Assembly (NCBI GenBank): GCA_951406725.2
Contig: OX597827.1
Coordinates: 21,948,001-22,012,000 of the forward strand
Length of the DNA stretch: 64,000 nt
Source of the DNA: Octopus vulgaris
Taxonomy: Eukaryota
Direction: 5' to 3'
In this document: positions 1-13,341 of the stretch, in pieces
Layout of the letters: each line of letters starts with the position of its first letter
Position numbering within the stretch: position 1 is the first letter of the stretch
Notes under the pieces: generated by a model
Database searches by the model: none
Told to the model about the DNA's origin: nothing
What the model saw: only the letters and a program-made list of their open reading frames with translations
Translations under genes and position numbers: made by a program

Positions 1-639
1 TGTCAAAGATGAGGTATTAGTGATTAAGTGGTGATTAATAATTGTTTGTATCCTGTTACAGGTATTTTCTGTATTTTTGGAGAAGATAAAAATTAACCAA
101 TAGTTTACAACCTGAATTTATCAGTTCTCAGTTCCATAAAATATCAAAACGGTTTTATTACATTTTAATTTATGGGTCTTATTAAATGAATATATTGTCT
201 AATAATTTTAAACAAACTGAATGGCAGTCATTGAGACCAGGCAATAAATACTGACATTAGAGGTGGTGTCATCATCATCATCATTACTGTCATCATCATT
301 AATATGTCTGCTTTATTTTTCTGGTGAAACCTAATTCACTAAGACTCCCTGAGATACACTTTACAAAGACAAAGAACCATTACTTAAAGACAGACAATGC
401 AGCAGAATCTGTCGGTACCACATAGAGTGTTTCAGGCTTTTAATGCATGTTCCGTACCAACAATTACAATTTCATTAAATTAAATTAAAGTGTGGATAAT
501 CCAAGATGAATGTTAATTGGATTTAATAAATTTCCAGTGAGATTAAGGAAAGCACACAGAGGTAAGGGTTTTTACGAGTGTTCATATCAACAGTAACATG
601 TAGGAATTATGGCATCTCCAGGAGACTCACTTATTGCTA

Positions 640-1100
640 TTGTTATTAATACAGAAACAGAACTGAATAGGGGCCATCGGTTCAGTTACTTGGAGTACAT
701 TCCCTCATGTGATGCTAAGATCAATAAAAAGGAAGGCAACAGATCAGCAAAAGTAAACAGCACAGTTGGTGGACTTTACAAAAGAATCAGGAACAGCAAG
801 CACCTGAGGAAAGACAGAAAGCTAAGTGTAGGGGCCAACAGGGCAGGATTGTGTTTCCATGAAAGAGAATCGTTGTCTGTCCTGACTTATGGTGCTGTGA
901 GGTGAACTCACCAATGATGGCAGCAAACAGAATGTGCAAAGACACTCTGAAGAAATCTTTTGGTGCTTGTCACATTGATCCTTGTGGTTTAGTATAGCTT
1001 TGAAGTATGAAGTTTACTGATATGTCTTCCATTAATCTGTTCCCTATCTCTGAAAACAAAATCAAAAATTGCTGAGGAAGAACAGTGACACAGCAACACT
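640..1100 (+). mobile_element. Degenerate RTE-BovB-like LINE fragment (RT C-terminal region)
   Basis: ORF 609-905 contains FSYLEYI..CDAKINKK..NR.AK.NST.G.LYKRI..SKHLRK..KLSV...SVLTYG, resembling the RTE F.YLGS..../LLYG.E segment. A downstream KDTLKKSFGACHID-like stretch follows. Confidence 0.55.
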
Positions 1101-2450
1101 AAAACCTGGTCAGACTTTCCCTTAAAGTTGTGTCTGCTGCCAATGAGCAGGCAATAAATATGGACCATGCCCTTCAGGAACCTTCATGCATGAAACCAAG
1201 CAATGAAATATATTTACGTAAAATTATACGCAGTAACATGACAATATACACCCTATACATGCTCTTCAGCAAGCAATATGTTCTGTTCTGGTCCCTTCCT
1301 TCATACCTTAGCCTCTCATATTTTAGCATAAAGTCCCCTCCCACTCTGCTGACCCTACCCAGTTGAAAGGGATCTCAGTCTTGCAAGCTGCATGGTGACC
1401 TCACTAGGGCTTGTGCAACAAAACAAAAGCGCCCAGTTGGCATTAGGGAGGACAGCCAGCTGTAGAAACCTTATTGAAACTGGCACTGGAGTGGCTGACT
1501 CCTCATAAACAGGTCATTCTATGCGTAGAAAACCAGTTAAAAAACAATGGTGATCAAAATCATGTCCCTGCCTCAAAAAACAAAAAAGAACAGAAGAAAT
1601 GAGCCTGTTTATCATTAAAGGCATTCCACCAAGCCATCGTTTGAAGGTGTGTAAAACTACTTTATTATCTAATGTTGCCATTCTTTAGACAAGCTTGTGA
1701 AGTGGAAAACTTGGCTGTTATTTTCAGTGGATGTGCAACCAGTTAGCAGCCATTGCTTTGTTTCTTTCATATGAGAACAGATAATGAGGGCAGGTGTTGA
1801 CATGTTTGAATAACTACCTGCCCCACATTGTAGGAGATATCAAAGGAATGCCAAGGACTTAGTTTGAAAGCCACATCAAATATTTATGTCTTTGTTATTT
1901 AAACTCCGTCCATCAACCTTAATCATGCAGATCTGAAACCGAAGTCATTCAGGCTATGACCATCCCATATGTTCTCCCACACAGGATATCTAGAATTACA
2001 TTATCCAATTTCTCTTTTCTTTTTGGTTTTGTTTTTTAAGATAATAGAGTGCAATTAGAAAGGCATTTGGATGCTCTTTCTAGCAAATCAAATGTGCCTG
2101 TAGACACTAGCATGTTGTCTTCAAGCATCAGTGATTGAAAAGGCAAGATTCTATAAGTAGGTTATAAGTAAGTTAATAGGTTCAAAACTAAAATTAAACT
2201 CTTAATTCTCGCTGTTAAGAAAGAAGAGATCTGCTGCCACTTTTGGTGCCATTTTGCCATGAGGTGACCTCAGCCCTCCCCAACGACCTCCACATTTCCA
2301 CATCAAAACACATTATCAACAACAGAATATAATGCAAGACCATAGAATGACAACCAAACAAAGGAGCCTCTAAGAGAAATAGCAGCTAAATCTCTCTCGA
2401 GTTACAGTACTACCATGTTCAAAAAATAAAAGGACATCTTAGACAATGTA

Positions 2451-2643
2451 CAACTAGGCACCCAGCAACTAACTTCACAGTAACTAGGTACCCAACAAAT
2501 AACTTCACAGTAACTAGGCATCTAGCAACTACCTTCCCAGTAACTAGGTACCTAGCAACTACCTTCCCAGTAACTAGGTACCCAACAATTAACTTCACAG
2601 TAACTAGGTACCCAGCAAATAACTTCACAATAGCTTGGTACCC
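2451..2643. repeat. 30-bp minisatellite, about 6.5 copies (AACTAGGTACCCAGCAACTAACTTCACAGT)
   Basis: Direct reading; it explains the repetitive ORF 2419-2802. Confidence 0.9.
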
Positions 2644-2962
2644 GGGAAAAGAAATACCTTTGGTAATATATCTGATCATCAGGGTTAGTTGAAAGTATAT
2701 CACCAATGATAGAGTAAATGTACCTTGTTTTTGAATAGGCACACAGCTAGTTTCAATGTGCCATAAGAACTGATAAAAAGGTTTTGCTGTTCCTGTTGCC
2801 AACCCTCATTTGTTTCCAGACAATCTCATACCTTCCCATGACCAGATATGTTTACATGGAAGCTTAGAAACCAAAAAACACAATTTCTCTGACAGTGTCA
2901 CACATTTACAAATATCATGCATTGTTGACGCAACAAGGCACAAACACATTCATTTATACATT

Positions 2963-3286
2963 TACTTACCACCCAGCCACTCTTACGCCTACATTATGTC
3001 AAGAAATATGATGTAATAAACTAAGACAACAATTGTACGTTAATAATGAAATGTCAATAAAAAAAAGGTAAATAATATCCATATCTTAGTGAATTTTAAG
3101 AAAAGTTACTTCGCAAAGAGCCATCTCTTCCACAGTAGTCGTACTTACTCCAGGAAAGGGGATTTTCTAGTCCCAGAGGCCCCATTACTCATTATGTGAA
3201 AAATTTTGAGAGTCTAAAACCATCTCTGGAGCATAAGAAATATGTGTTCCCAGTTTGAAGAAAATCAGTTCAGAAGTTATGCAGGT

Positions 3287-3323
<37 letters not shown>

Positions 3324-3341
3324 TACTGAGTTTTGTGTGTG

Positions 3342-3378
<37 letters not shown>

Positions 3379-3741
3379 GCAAGTGAGCGAACAAATGAAA
3401 GGAAGACGAAAGAGGCACTCAATAAATTTAGCAAGAATTGCATATATTATTATTTAAAACCAGTTTGATTTGGCCCCATGCAACTGAAAGTACTGAAGAA
3501 AAAAATCTAGTTCATTAGGCACAGGGGACTGAATAGGGAGATGTTGGAAAATCCAAGACCTTCAACTTCCAACATCTTTCCATTTGGCCATCTGAACCCA
3601 AGCTAGGTTCCTATAAGAAACCTACAAAACTTTAAGTTGCATGGGGTCAAATCAAACTGGTTTTAAATAATAATATATGCAACTCTTGCTAAATTTATTG
3701 AGTGCCTCTTTCTTTCTCCTTTCATTTGTTCGCTCACTTGC

Positions 3742-3776
<35 letters not shown>

Positions 3777-4108
3777 AAACTCAGTATGTGTGTATAAACC
3801 TGCATAACTTCTGAACTGATTTTCTTCAAACTGGGAACGCATATTTGGTTTTAGACTCTCAAAATTTTTCACATAATGAGTAATAGGGCCTCTGGGACTA
3901 GAAAATCCCCTATTTCCTGGAGTAAGTACGACTACTGTGGAGGAGATGGCTCTTTGCGAAGTAACTTTTCTTAAAATTCACTAAGATATGGATATTATTT
4001 ACCTTCTTTTTTATTGACATTTCATTATAAACGTACAATTGTTGTCTTAATTTATTACATCATATTTCTTGACATAATGTAGGCATAGGAGTGGCTGTGT
4101 GGTAAGTA
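2963..4108. repeat. Inverted duplication: arms ~2963-3485 and ~3636-4108, ~150-bp spacer
   Basis: The arms are reverse complements and encode near-identical peptides on opposite strands (ORFs 3242+ and 3663-), with small indels. Confidence 0.9.
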
Positions 4109-4250
4109 GCTTGCTTACCAACCACATGGTTCCGGGTTCGGTCCCACTGCGTGGTACCTTGGGAAAGTGTCTTCTACCATACCCTCAGGCCAACCAAAGC
4201 CTTGTGAGTGAATTTGGTAGATGGAAACTGAAAGAAGCCTGTCGTATATA

Positions 4251-4293
<43 letters not shown>

Positions 4294-4510
4294 TTGTGCA
4301 TATGTTTTTGTGTCTGTGTTTGTCACCCCCAACATTGCTTGACAACCAGTGCTGGTGTGTTTACGTCCCCCATAACTTAGCAGTTCAGCAAAAGACACCG
4401 ATAGAATAAGTACTAGGCTTACAAAGAATAAGTCTTGGGATCGATTTGCTCGACTAAAGGTGGTGCTCCAGCATGGCCACAGTCAAATGACTGAAACAAG
4501 TAAAAGAGTA
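4082..4510 (+). mobile_element. tRNA-derived SINE family A, full length
   Basis: Head GGCATAGGAGTGGCTGTGTGGTAAG...GGTTCGGTCCC (A/B-box like), ACCTTGGGAAAGTG core, internal (TA)n, 3' GAAACAAGTAAAAGAGTA. Multiple homologues in the window. Confidence 0.85.
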
Positions 4511-4879
4511 ATAATGTCTTTAAAGAAGAGATCCTCCATTTGTCGAAAATGGCAGTAGCAGAGAAAGTGAAAAGGAGAGAAAATGAATCGTCACATGAGA
4601 CTTCAATTAGATAATCACAAAATGCTACATGTACAGCTACTGCAAGAGCAATGGAAAGCGATGAGCAGTGTAGTATTTACATGGCCAGGAATGCTGCATT
4701 AACAGCTTCAGCCAATCCTCACCCCGTTACCATGTCATTTCTTTCATGTAGATTTCTCTCATGTGGTTCTGTTGAGCACATCCGACAGGCTTACTTTACC
4801 ACATAGATGTTGTTCCTATGTCTGCTAATTGTCTGGCATGGTAGCAGCAGCGCCGACAGCCACAAAGGAGAATATATCC

Positions 4880-5077
4880 ACTGAAAGCTTTTTGGCGTGC
4901 TCAAAAATCACATACCCCACCCCACCCACTTTTCCACAACAAGGTTAGAGATGGGAATCTTCCAAACAGATGTCACTTAGTCGAATTAGCCCTTCGTGTT
5001 TTGTCATCAATTAACTGCACCATATATGCAAACCATGCCATTTAAATCCAGAGCAATGCCAGGCATGTCTGCTAGTA
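4880..5077 (+). mobile_element. Degenerate Helitron-like 3' end
   Basis: Ends CCAGAGCAATGCCAGGC...TCTGCTAGT, a decayed hairpin plus CTAG, similar to the terminus at 45672-45710. Confidence 0.4.
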
Positions 5078-5405
5078 TATATATAAATATATATACATAC
5101 ATACACACATACACACACATGTATATATATATATATAATAATAATATTAGGGAGTAAATCCAAACTTACAGGGAAAAATCAGATTTAGGATTAAATCTAA
5201 TTTTACAGTATAAATATATATATTAAATTAGAGATAAAACCACTATTAGGCAAATCAAACAGTGAAAAACATAAACAAAACATAGAAATAAAATTAATTA
5301 ATATAATATACAAAATATATAAAATATAAAATTCAAAATTTAAATTATTTAAATTTAAAGTTAAAATAAAAAAAATTTTTTTTAATTATTAATTTCTACT
5401 TATAA

Positions 5406-5487
<82 letters not shown>

Positions 5488-5492
<5 letters not shown>

Positions 5493-7194
5493 TAAAGAGA
5501 GTCTGCCAAATGTTGACCCAACAGAGGGACCAGCTATCCGAGTTGATAGTTCCGTGGTAGCTAAGGCAATTAGAAGCATGAAGACAGGGAAAGCCCCAGG
5601 CCCATCAGGAATTACTGCAGAGATGCTCAAAATATCTGGCAGTGTCGGCTATAACCTAGTCACCCGCATAGTCAACCAGGTGATACACGAAGGAGTCATA
5701 CCCAATGACTGGTGTAGCAGCATACTAGTCAACTGCTACAAAGGTAAAGGTGATGCCCTGGATACAAATAATTACAGAGGTATGAAGCTGTTGGATCAGG
5801 TAATGAAGGTTACGGAGAGGGTCATAGCCCAACTAATTAGAGAGAGAGTTAGTTTAGATGAGATGCAGTTTGGGTTTGTCCCAGGGAAAAGCACCACTGA
5901 TGCTATATTCCTGGTAAGGCAGCTGCAGGAGAAATACCTAGCCAAGGATAAGCCCCTGTACCTGGCTTTCGTTGACATGGAGAAAACCTTTGATAGGGTC
6001 CCCCGATCCCTCATCTGGTGGTCAATGAGGAAACTAGGGATAGATGAATGGCTGGTGAGGGCTGTGCAAGCCATGTACAGAGATGCCGTAAGTAAGGTTA
6101 GAGTTGGCAACATGTACACAGAAGAATTCAAAGTAGAGGTTGGGGTCCACCAGGGTTCAGCACTCAGCCCCCTCCTATTTATCATAGTCCTCCAGGCAAT
6201 AACGGAGGAATTCAAGACAGGTTGCCCCTGGGAGCTCCTCTATGCTGACGACCTCGCTCTAATCGCTGAGTCACTATCAGAACTGGAGGAGAAGTTCCAG
6301 GTGTGGAAGGAGGGTTTAGAATCGAGGGGCCTTAGAGTCAACCTAGCTAAAACCAAAGTACTAATAAGTAGAAAGGTAGAAAACCCACAAATATCATCAG
6401 GAAGATGGCCCTGCTCGATCTGTAGAAAAGGTGTAGGTAGAAACTCTATAAGATGTACCCAGTGTAAGCTATGGACACATAAGAGGTGCAGCAATGTCAA
6501 AGGTAGGCTAACTGGGAAGATAGTTTTTGTATGTGGCAGGTGCTCTGGAGCACTGACCTCCGAAAATCTGCAGAAAACAACTTCTGTCACTTTCCGGGGG
6601 GAAAAACTAGAAGTAGTTGATAGTTTCCGCTATCTAGGTGACCAAGTCAGTAGTGGGGGTGGGTGCGCTGAAAGTGTAACTGCTAGAATAAGAATAGCCT
6701 GGGCAAAGTTTAGGGAGCTCTTACCTCTGCTGGTGACTAAAGGCCTCTCGCTCAGAGTAAAAGGCAGACTGTATGATGCATGTGTACGAACAGCTATGCT
6801 ACATGGCAGTGAAACATGGGCCGTGACTGCTGAGGACATGCGTAAGCTCGTGAGGAACGAAGCCAGTATGCTCCGATGGATGTGTAATGTCAGTGTACTT
6901 ACTCGACAGAGCGTTAGTACCTTGAGAGAAATGTTGTACCTAAGAAGCATCAGTTGTTGTGTGCAAGAGAGACGATTGCGCTGGTATGGTCATGTGGCGA
7001 GAATGGATGAAGAGAGGTGTGTGAGAAAGTGCCAATCCCTAGCAGTTGAGGGAACCCGTGGAAGAGGTAGACCCAGGAAAACCTGGGGCGAGGTGGTGAA
7101 GCACGACCTTCGGACGTTAGGTCTCACCATGGAAATGACTAGAGACCGAGACCTATGGAAGTATGCTGTGCGTGAGAAGACCCGGCAAGACTAG
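5488..7194 (+). CDS. RTE-clade non-LTR reverse transcriptase, 5'-truncated (no APE endonuclease), open 568-aa frame with internal PHD finger
   Basis: KAPGPSGITAE, NYRG.KLL, QFGF.PGKSTTDAIF, AFVDMEK.FD, GVHQGS.LSPLLF, YADD, FRYLG, RLRWYGHVARM and RGRPRKTW motifs. The ATG is supplied by the upstream (TA)n. Confidence 0.95.
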
Positions 7195-7927
<733 letters not shown>

Positions 7928-8215
7928 CACAAATTGAGATAGGGGTTGTAAATGCAACCCTCCTTGGGATAACATATATCCAATATACTGCTAGTGAAGT
8001 ACCCAACAAAGTTAATACATAAATGTTAAGGATTGCGATGCAATCAATTCATTTACTGTATTATATGGGCAAAGGTAAAATGATTTACCACAAATTACTA
8101 ATACAAGATACATCTAAATCAAATATCAATTACCAGATAATACTCAATCACATACTTTATTAAACCACCACATAAGAGACTGTAGGGTTAAACATAAAAA
8201 AGCAGAACAAATCAG

Positions 8216-8431
8216 TGTACATAAAGGAATGTACATAAAAAAGTGTACATAAAAGAGTAATGTTGTATAATAAGTAGAATATATATAAAAAAGAGAATAT
8301 AAATATAAGTAAATATAAATATAAGTATTTATATTTACTTATATTTATATTCCCTTTTATATATATATTCTACTTATTATACAACATTACTCTTTTATGT
8401 ACACTTTTTTATGTACATTCCTTTATGTACA
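8216..8431. repeat. Near-perfect AT-rich palindrome (~105-bp arms) inside a (TA)n-bounded insert 7930-8875
   Basis: TGTACATAAAGGAATGTACATAAAAAAGTGTACATAAAAGAGTAATGTTG... versus its reverse complement ending ...CCTTTATGTACA. Confidence 0.85.
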
Positions 8432-8870
8432 TTTCAAGACTTGAAATTAAATTTAATAATATGAATAGTGGGTTTTTTTTTTGTTAAATATTTAGGTAAT
8501 TAGATATTGACTATAACTGAGATTAGATTATTTGTGGGTTTATTATGTTTTTTTAAAGCCATATTATTTCTGAATAGATAAATACATTTTCTATCTATTC
8601 TTACCTTAAAAATTAATACTTAAAAATTAATATTGAACATTATAATTAATTAAAGAAATATTGTTTAAATATATTTGATTATTTATATATATATCAATAA
8701 TTTATATTATAACTTTATAATTTGTATTCTTATCTTATATATGTATTGAATTATAAGATATATATGTATGCTATTGAGGTGCTCATTTTGTTAAATGAAT
8801 AAATAATCCAACATTATAATATCCGAAAGTTAATGAACAAACTAAATTTGTTTCTCCATTTTCTTATTTG

Positions 8871-8907
<37 letters not shown>

Positions 8908-8909
8908 AC

Positions 8910-8942
<33 letters not shown>

Positions 8943-9419
8943 TGTATGTATGTATGTATGTATGTATGTATATATGTATGTATTTATGTATGTATGTATG
9001 GATGGATGGATGGATGGATGGATTGATTCAGGTAATTCAGTTAATAAAACCCGTTGACATATTTCTTTTGCATTCACTTATTTTATAATTGTCATTTTAC
9101 TTGTAACTACACTTTTCCTGTTTTAAAACCCGTGGGAAAATAATTTTTAGTGGTTTTGGTGGGGCTGGAATGGATTAATTATATTTTAGTTAATTTCAAT
9201 GGGGAAAATTGATTTGTAAAACAAGTAAATCCTAAAACAAGCTTGGTCATTAAACCTGTACTGTGAGGTATCATTGCACTTACTCTTATTTCTTCTCATC
9301 ACGCCCCACCCCACCTCATCCCCGTCCCCGTACCATTCTTTCAGTGTTCTGCTGGGTTATAACCAGAGATGGCTCTGAAACAAATAGTATTAATTTTCTA
9401 GGTTGTTCTATTTCTCTCA

Positions 9420-9839
9420 ATTAGCTTACCAGTTCCAGTCAAACCATCTAACCCATGCCAGCATGGTAAATGGACGTTAAATGATGATGGTGATGATGGT
9501 GATGATGGTGCCACATAAAAAGCACTGGTGCTGGTGCCTCGTAAGAAGCACCCAATACACTCTGTAAAGTGGTTGGCATTAGGAAGGGCATCCAGCCATA
9601 GAAAGCCATGCCAAAACATTTGACTGGAGCCTGGTGCAACCCTTCAGTTTGCCAGATCCTGTCAAAACATTCAACCCATGTCAGATGATGATGATGATGA
9701 TGATGACGATGACGACGACGATCACAAAGACAATGATGATGACGAGGATAATGAATTATCATTATCGTCGTCGTCATTGTCATCATTAGATGAGAATGAT
9801 GATGACAATGATGACAATGATTATGACGATGATAATGAC

Positions 9840-9884
<45 letters not shown>
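9420..9884 (+). mobile_element. Two tandem RTE 3'-tail fragments followed by an expanded degenerate (GAT/GAC/AAT)n tail
   Basis: Same 3' core as 7670-7830; explains the poly-Asp and poly-His ORFs. Confidence 0.8.
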
Positions 9885-9885
<1 letters not shown>

Positions 9886-10088
9886 CTTCCTGGTGCTAAT
9901 AAATACTGTTGTAAAGTTTAACTTTCTTCTAATTTTCCGATCCCGATATTCTTCGTCAGAATGTAATGTGAACTTTTCTGAACACTTGAAATTCAAAGTA
10001 AATCGCGTAGAGATTGATTTCAGGTGTGTCTCGTAGTCAAATAAATTTCTTTTTCTTTTTTCTTTTTTTATCAAACTCAAGAATCAAG

Positions 10089-10532
10089 GGATCTTTTCGG
10101 TTTGAACGGCAGTTTTTTCTAGCGGTGTCATATGAAATTGTCACCCATAATTATGACCTTAGTATCGATCTATTGCATTTCAATCTGTTTTATGGTTAGG
10201 GTTAGTTACGGTTAGTTAGGGTTAGGGTTAGGGGTGGGGGAAGGGTATCTTTTTTTTCTTCACAAATGTAAATAAACCCAATCTGTTTCTTGAACGAGGG
10301 ACATATTCATACGGCACAGAATGTTTTTTTACCTCAATGGAGGTCATTGATTGGTAGAAATTGCAGAAACTGAAGAAAAAAAAACAACAAATATCTTACA
10401 AACTATAGAATTTTCTCAATAAAGCCAAGAGAAAAAGATGTTTTATAAACACATTCTACCAGTATACGAAGTTAAAAAATTTATAGTTACCTAGAAATTA
10501 TGTTAAAAACTGCGTTCAAACCGAAAAGATCC
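10089..10532. mobile_element. Non-autonomous DNA transposon (Merlin-like: GG termini, 8-bp TSD) with internal (GGGTTA)n
   Basis: TIR GGATCTTTTCGGTTTGAACG(G)CAGTTTTT / AAAAACTGCGTTCAAACCGAAAAGATCC; perfect TSD GAATCAAG at 10081-10088 and 10533-10540. Confidence 0.85.
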
Positions 10533-10909
10533 GAATCAAGGAATAGATTCGGTTTAGACTTAGAAACGGAAAATTAATCCAAGGGAGGCTATTCCTTCAA
10601 GCCCATTATTTAGCTTCTTTCCCATAACACTAAAGCTACATTCACTCTGTGAAATCCTCGACCGACGACGAAATTGGGTTTCATTTATCTATCCGACACT
10701 CACCCAGGTATTGCATTGAAAGCAAAAATAGTTATTGCTGCCGCCTTTGTACCTCTGTGCAATATATGAATGTTCTTACCACAGAGCTGCAGTAAGTTTA
10801 GCAAATAAAAGATGAGGCCCTCAGTTTCTCCGGGAATATGGAATCTTTTCCCAAAGAAATTTAAACAACTATCCACAGGCAGTCCATCGTCAATTAAAAT
10901 ACAAACTTA

Positions 10910-11071
10910 CCGTATTTTACCGTGTATGAGGAACCTTTTTTTGTCAAAAATTAGGTGAAAAGAATATAAGAGTTTCTTACACACGGATAGTATTATAATC
11001 CCTTACTAAACCATTTTTCCAAATTTTAACATCTCCAAATTAGGGGGTTCCTTATACACGTTAAAATACGG
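10910..11071. mobile_element. Tc1/mariner (Tc2-like) MITE
   Basis: TA|CCGTATTTTACCGTGTATGAG ... CTTATACACGTTAAAATACGG|TA. Confidence 0.85.
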
Positions 11072-11422
11072 TAGTTTGTAATATCCTATAATATGGACAT
11101 TAACAGATGGTCTACGTAAAACAGTCCAATATGAACCACCACCAAAATTTTTAAAGCTTAGAGATGCAGACAAGAATATATATAATTGTTACGAATTTTG
11201 CAAACATGGATGTTGTCGAATACCTAAGGAATATTGCCCATAGTTACCGAATAAAGAACTGAATAAAGTTATCTTTTCGGAAAATTAGTAAAATTATATA
11301 ATATTTTATTATTAATGATAATTTTCCACGACACATCAGGTAATGGGAGATAACTCTATTTTAACTAATCCACTGATTATATTCTCTGTTCGTTAATTCC
11401 TCTCCTTCTCTCTCTCTTTCTT

Positions 11423-11460
<38 letters not shown>

Positions 11461-11604
11461 TATTTGCATATGTATGTGTGTGTGTTTTCTTTATACATAT
11501 GTGGAGAAGAAACGTGTTTGTGGCAGTTGGAGTCATTTAATGTTTCTCTGGCTGACTGTGTGTCTCTCTCTCATTATATGTTTGTGTGTGCATGAATGTG
11601 TGTA

Positions 11605-11644
<40 letters not shown>

Positions 11645-11721
11645 TTGAGTTGTGGGGTATCGCACGAGTGGGATTATATAAGAAAAAAGGTTTGAAAATG
11701 CAATTTAAACGATGTTTATTT

Positions 11722-11762
11722 ACTTAACCGGTTTCACTCTTTGGTAAAAGATTGTCAAAAGT
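11722..11762 (-). ncRNA. Hammerhead-ribozyme-like motif (U3-A8 variant), left-arm copy
   Basis: Reverse complement of 14994-15034. Confidence 0.45.
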
Positions 11763-13294
11763 TACATTTAAGGAAACATTGAATAATATGGGTTCAAAAA
11801 AAGTTTTTTACATAATTGTCACATTGAATATTATGCATTCAAAAAAGTTTTTTACATAATTGTCACATTGAATATTATGCATTCAAAAAAGTTTTTTACA
11901 TAATTGTCACATTGGATATTATGAATTCAAAAATGTTTTTTTATACATAATTGTCACATTATTTGGGAAAATTTGGCAGAAAAGGATAAAACAAATATAT
12001 TATTGGGAATTGGTTGCGTTAATTATTGGTTGTCGCAAATTGTCACATTACATGTATATATATACAATCTTTGGTATATATATACAGCGTTTTGACAGCA
12101 AAAATTAAAATGGATTTTTTGTCCATCTCAGAATATTTTAAGTATGTTTTTACTGACCTGTCAGTATTAGCAGAAAGGCTGAACTGAGAGAACAGAAGTA
12201 GCCAATGTGGTGTATACTTCCCCTTTATGCATGAATGATTTTGGGGTTATCAGGAGGTTAGTATGCGGGTGTGAATAGATGTGTCCGTGCCTGCTGGTCA
12301 GACAGCGTCTGTTTGTCACACACATATATATACACACAAACACACACACACACAACAACACACACACACACACACATAGTATACAAACACAAACCACATA
12401 CAAACAACACACACACACACAGAACACACACACCCACACACAACGCACCCACATATATCACATATACACACAGCACACAAATATAACATGTATCTATATA
12501 TAACATACACAGATATATAACACACATACACACACACACACACAACACACGCACACATACATACATAATATAAATATCACACAAATACACCTAGCATATA
12601 TATATACACACATACAATACACACATACAGCATGTAAGTAATATACATACACAATATATGCATGCAATATACATACGCAATACATACATATAATATATAT
12701 ATATATAGACAATGCATATACATATATAGACATATACATATAAATAGTGTTTACATACACATACATAGATGTACCACATATACACACAGCACACATACAT
12801 ACAATGCATACACATACACGTACGCATACATATAATATATATATACACACACACACACATAACATACATACACACACAATGCATACATATATATACACGC
12901 AATGCATATACATGTATTCATGCACATATAGCACACCTACAATATACATATATACAGTGCACACATACACACAAATATATACACTTAATTGTACACGTAC
13001 ATATACAATACACATACATACAATATACATATATACAATGCGCATGCAAATAATGTACATGTTTATACACACATAAACATGCAAATAAATATACACACAC
13101 ACACATACACACACACACATATATATACACATATATATATATATATATACACACATACATACATACATACATGCACATACATATATTTTTTCACACACAT
13201 ACACACACACATATATATATAAAAAAAAAAAAAAAAATTCACCACCCCCCACACACACAAATTACATACGTGTGTATGTATTTACATATGTATC

Positions 13295-13341
<47 letters not shown>

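Noticed and set aside
9448-10080. Poly-His / poly-Asp ORFs
   Set aside because: Derived from the (GAT)n LINE tail.
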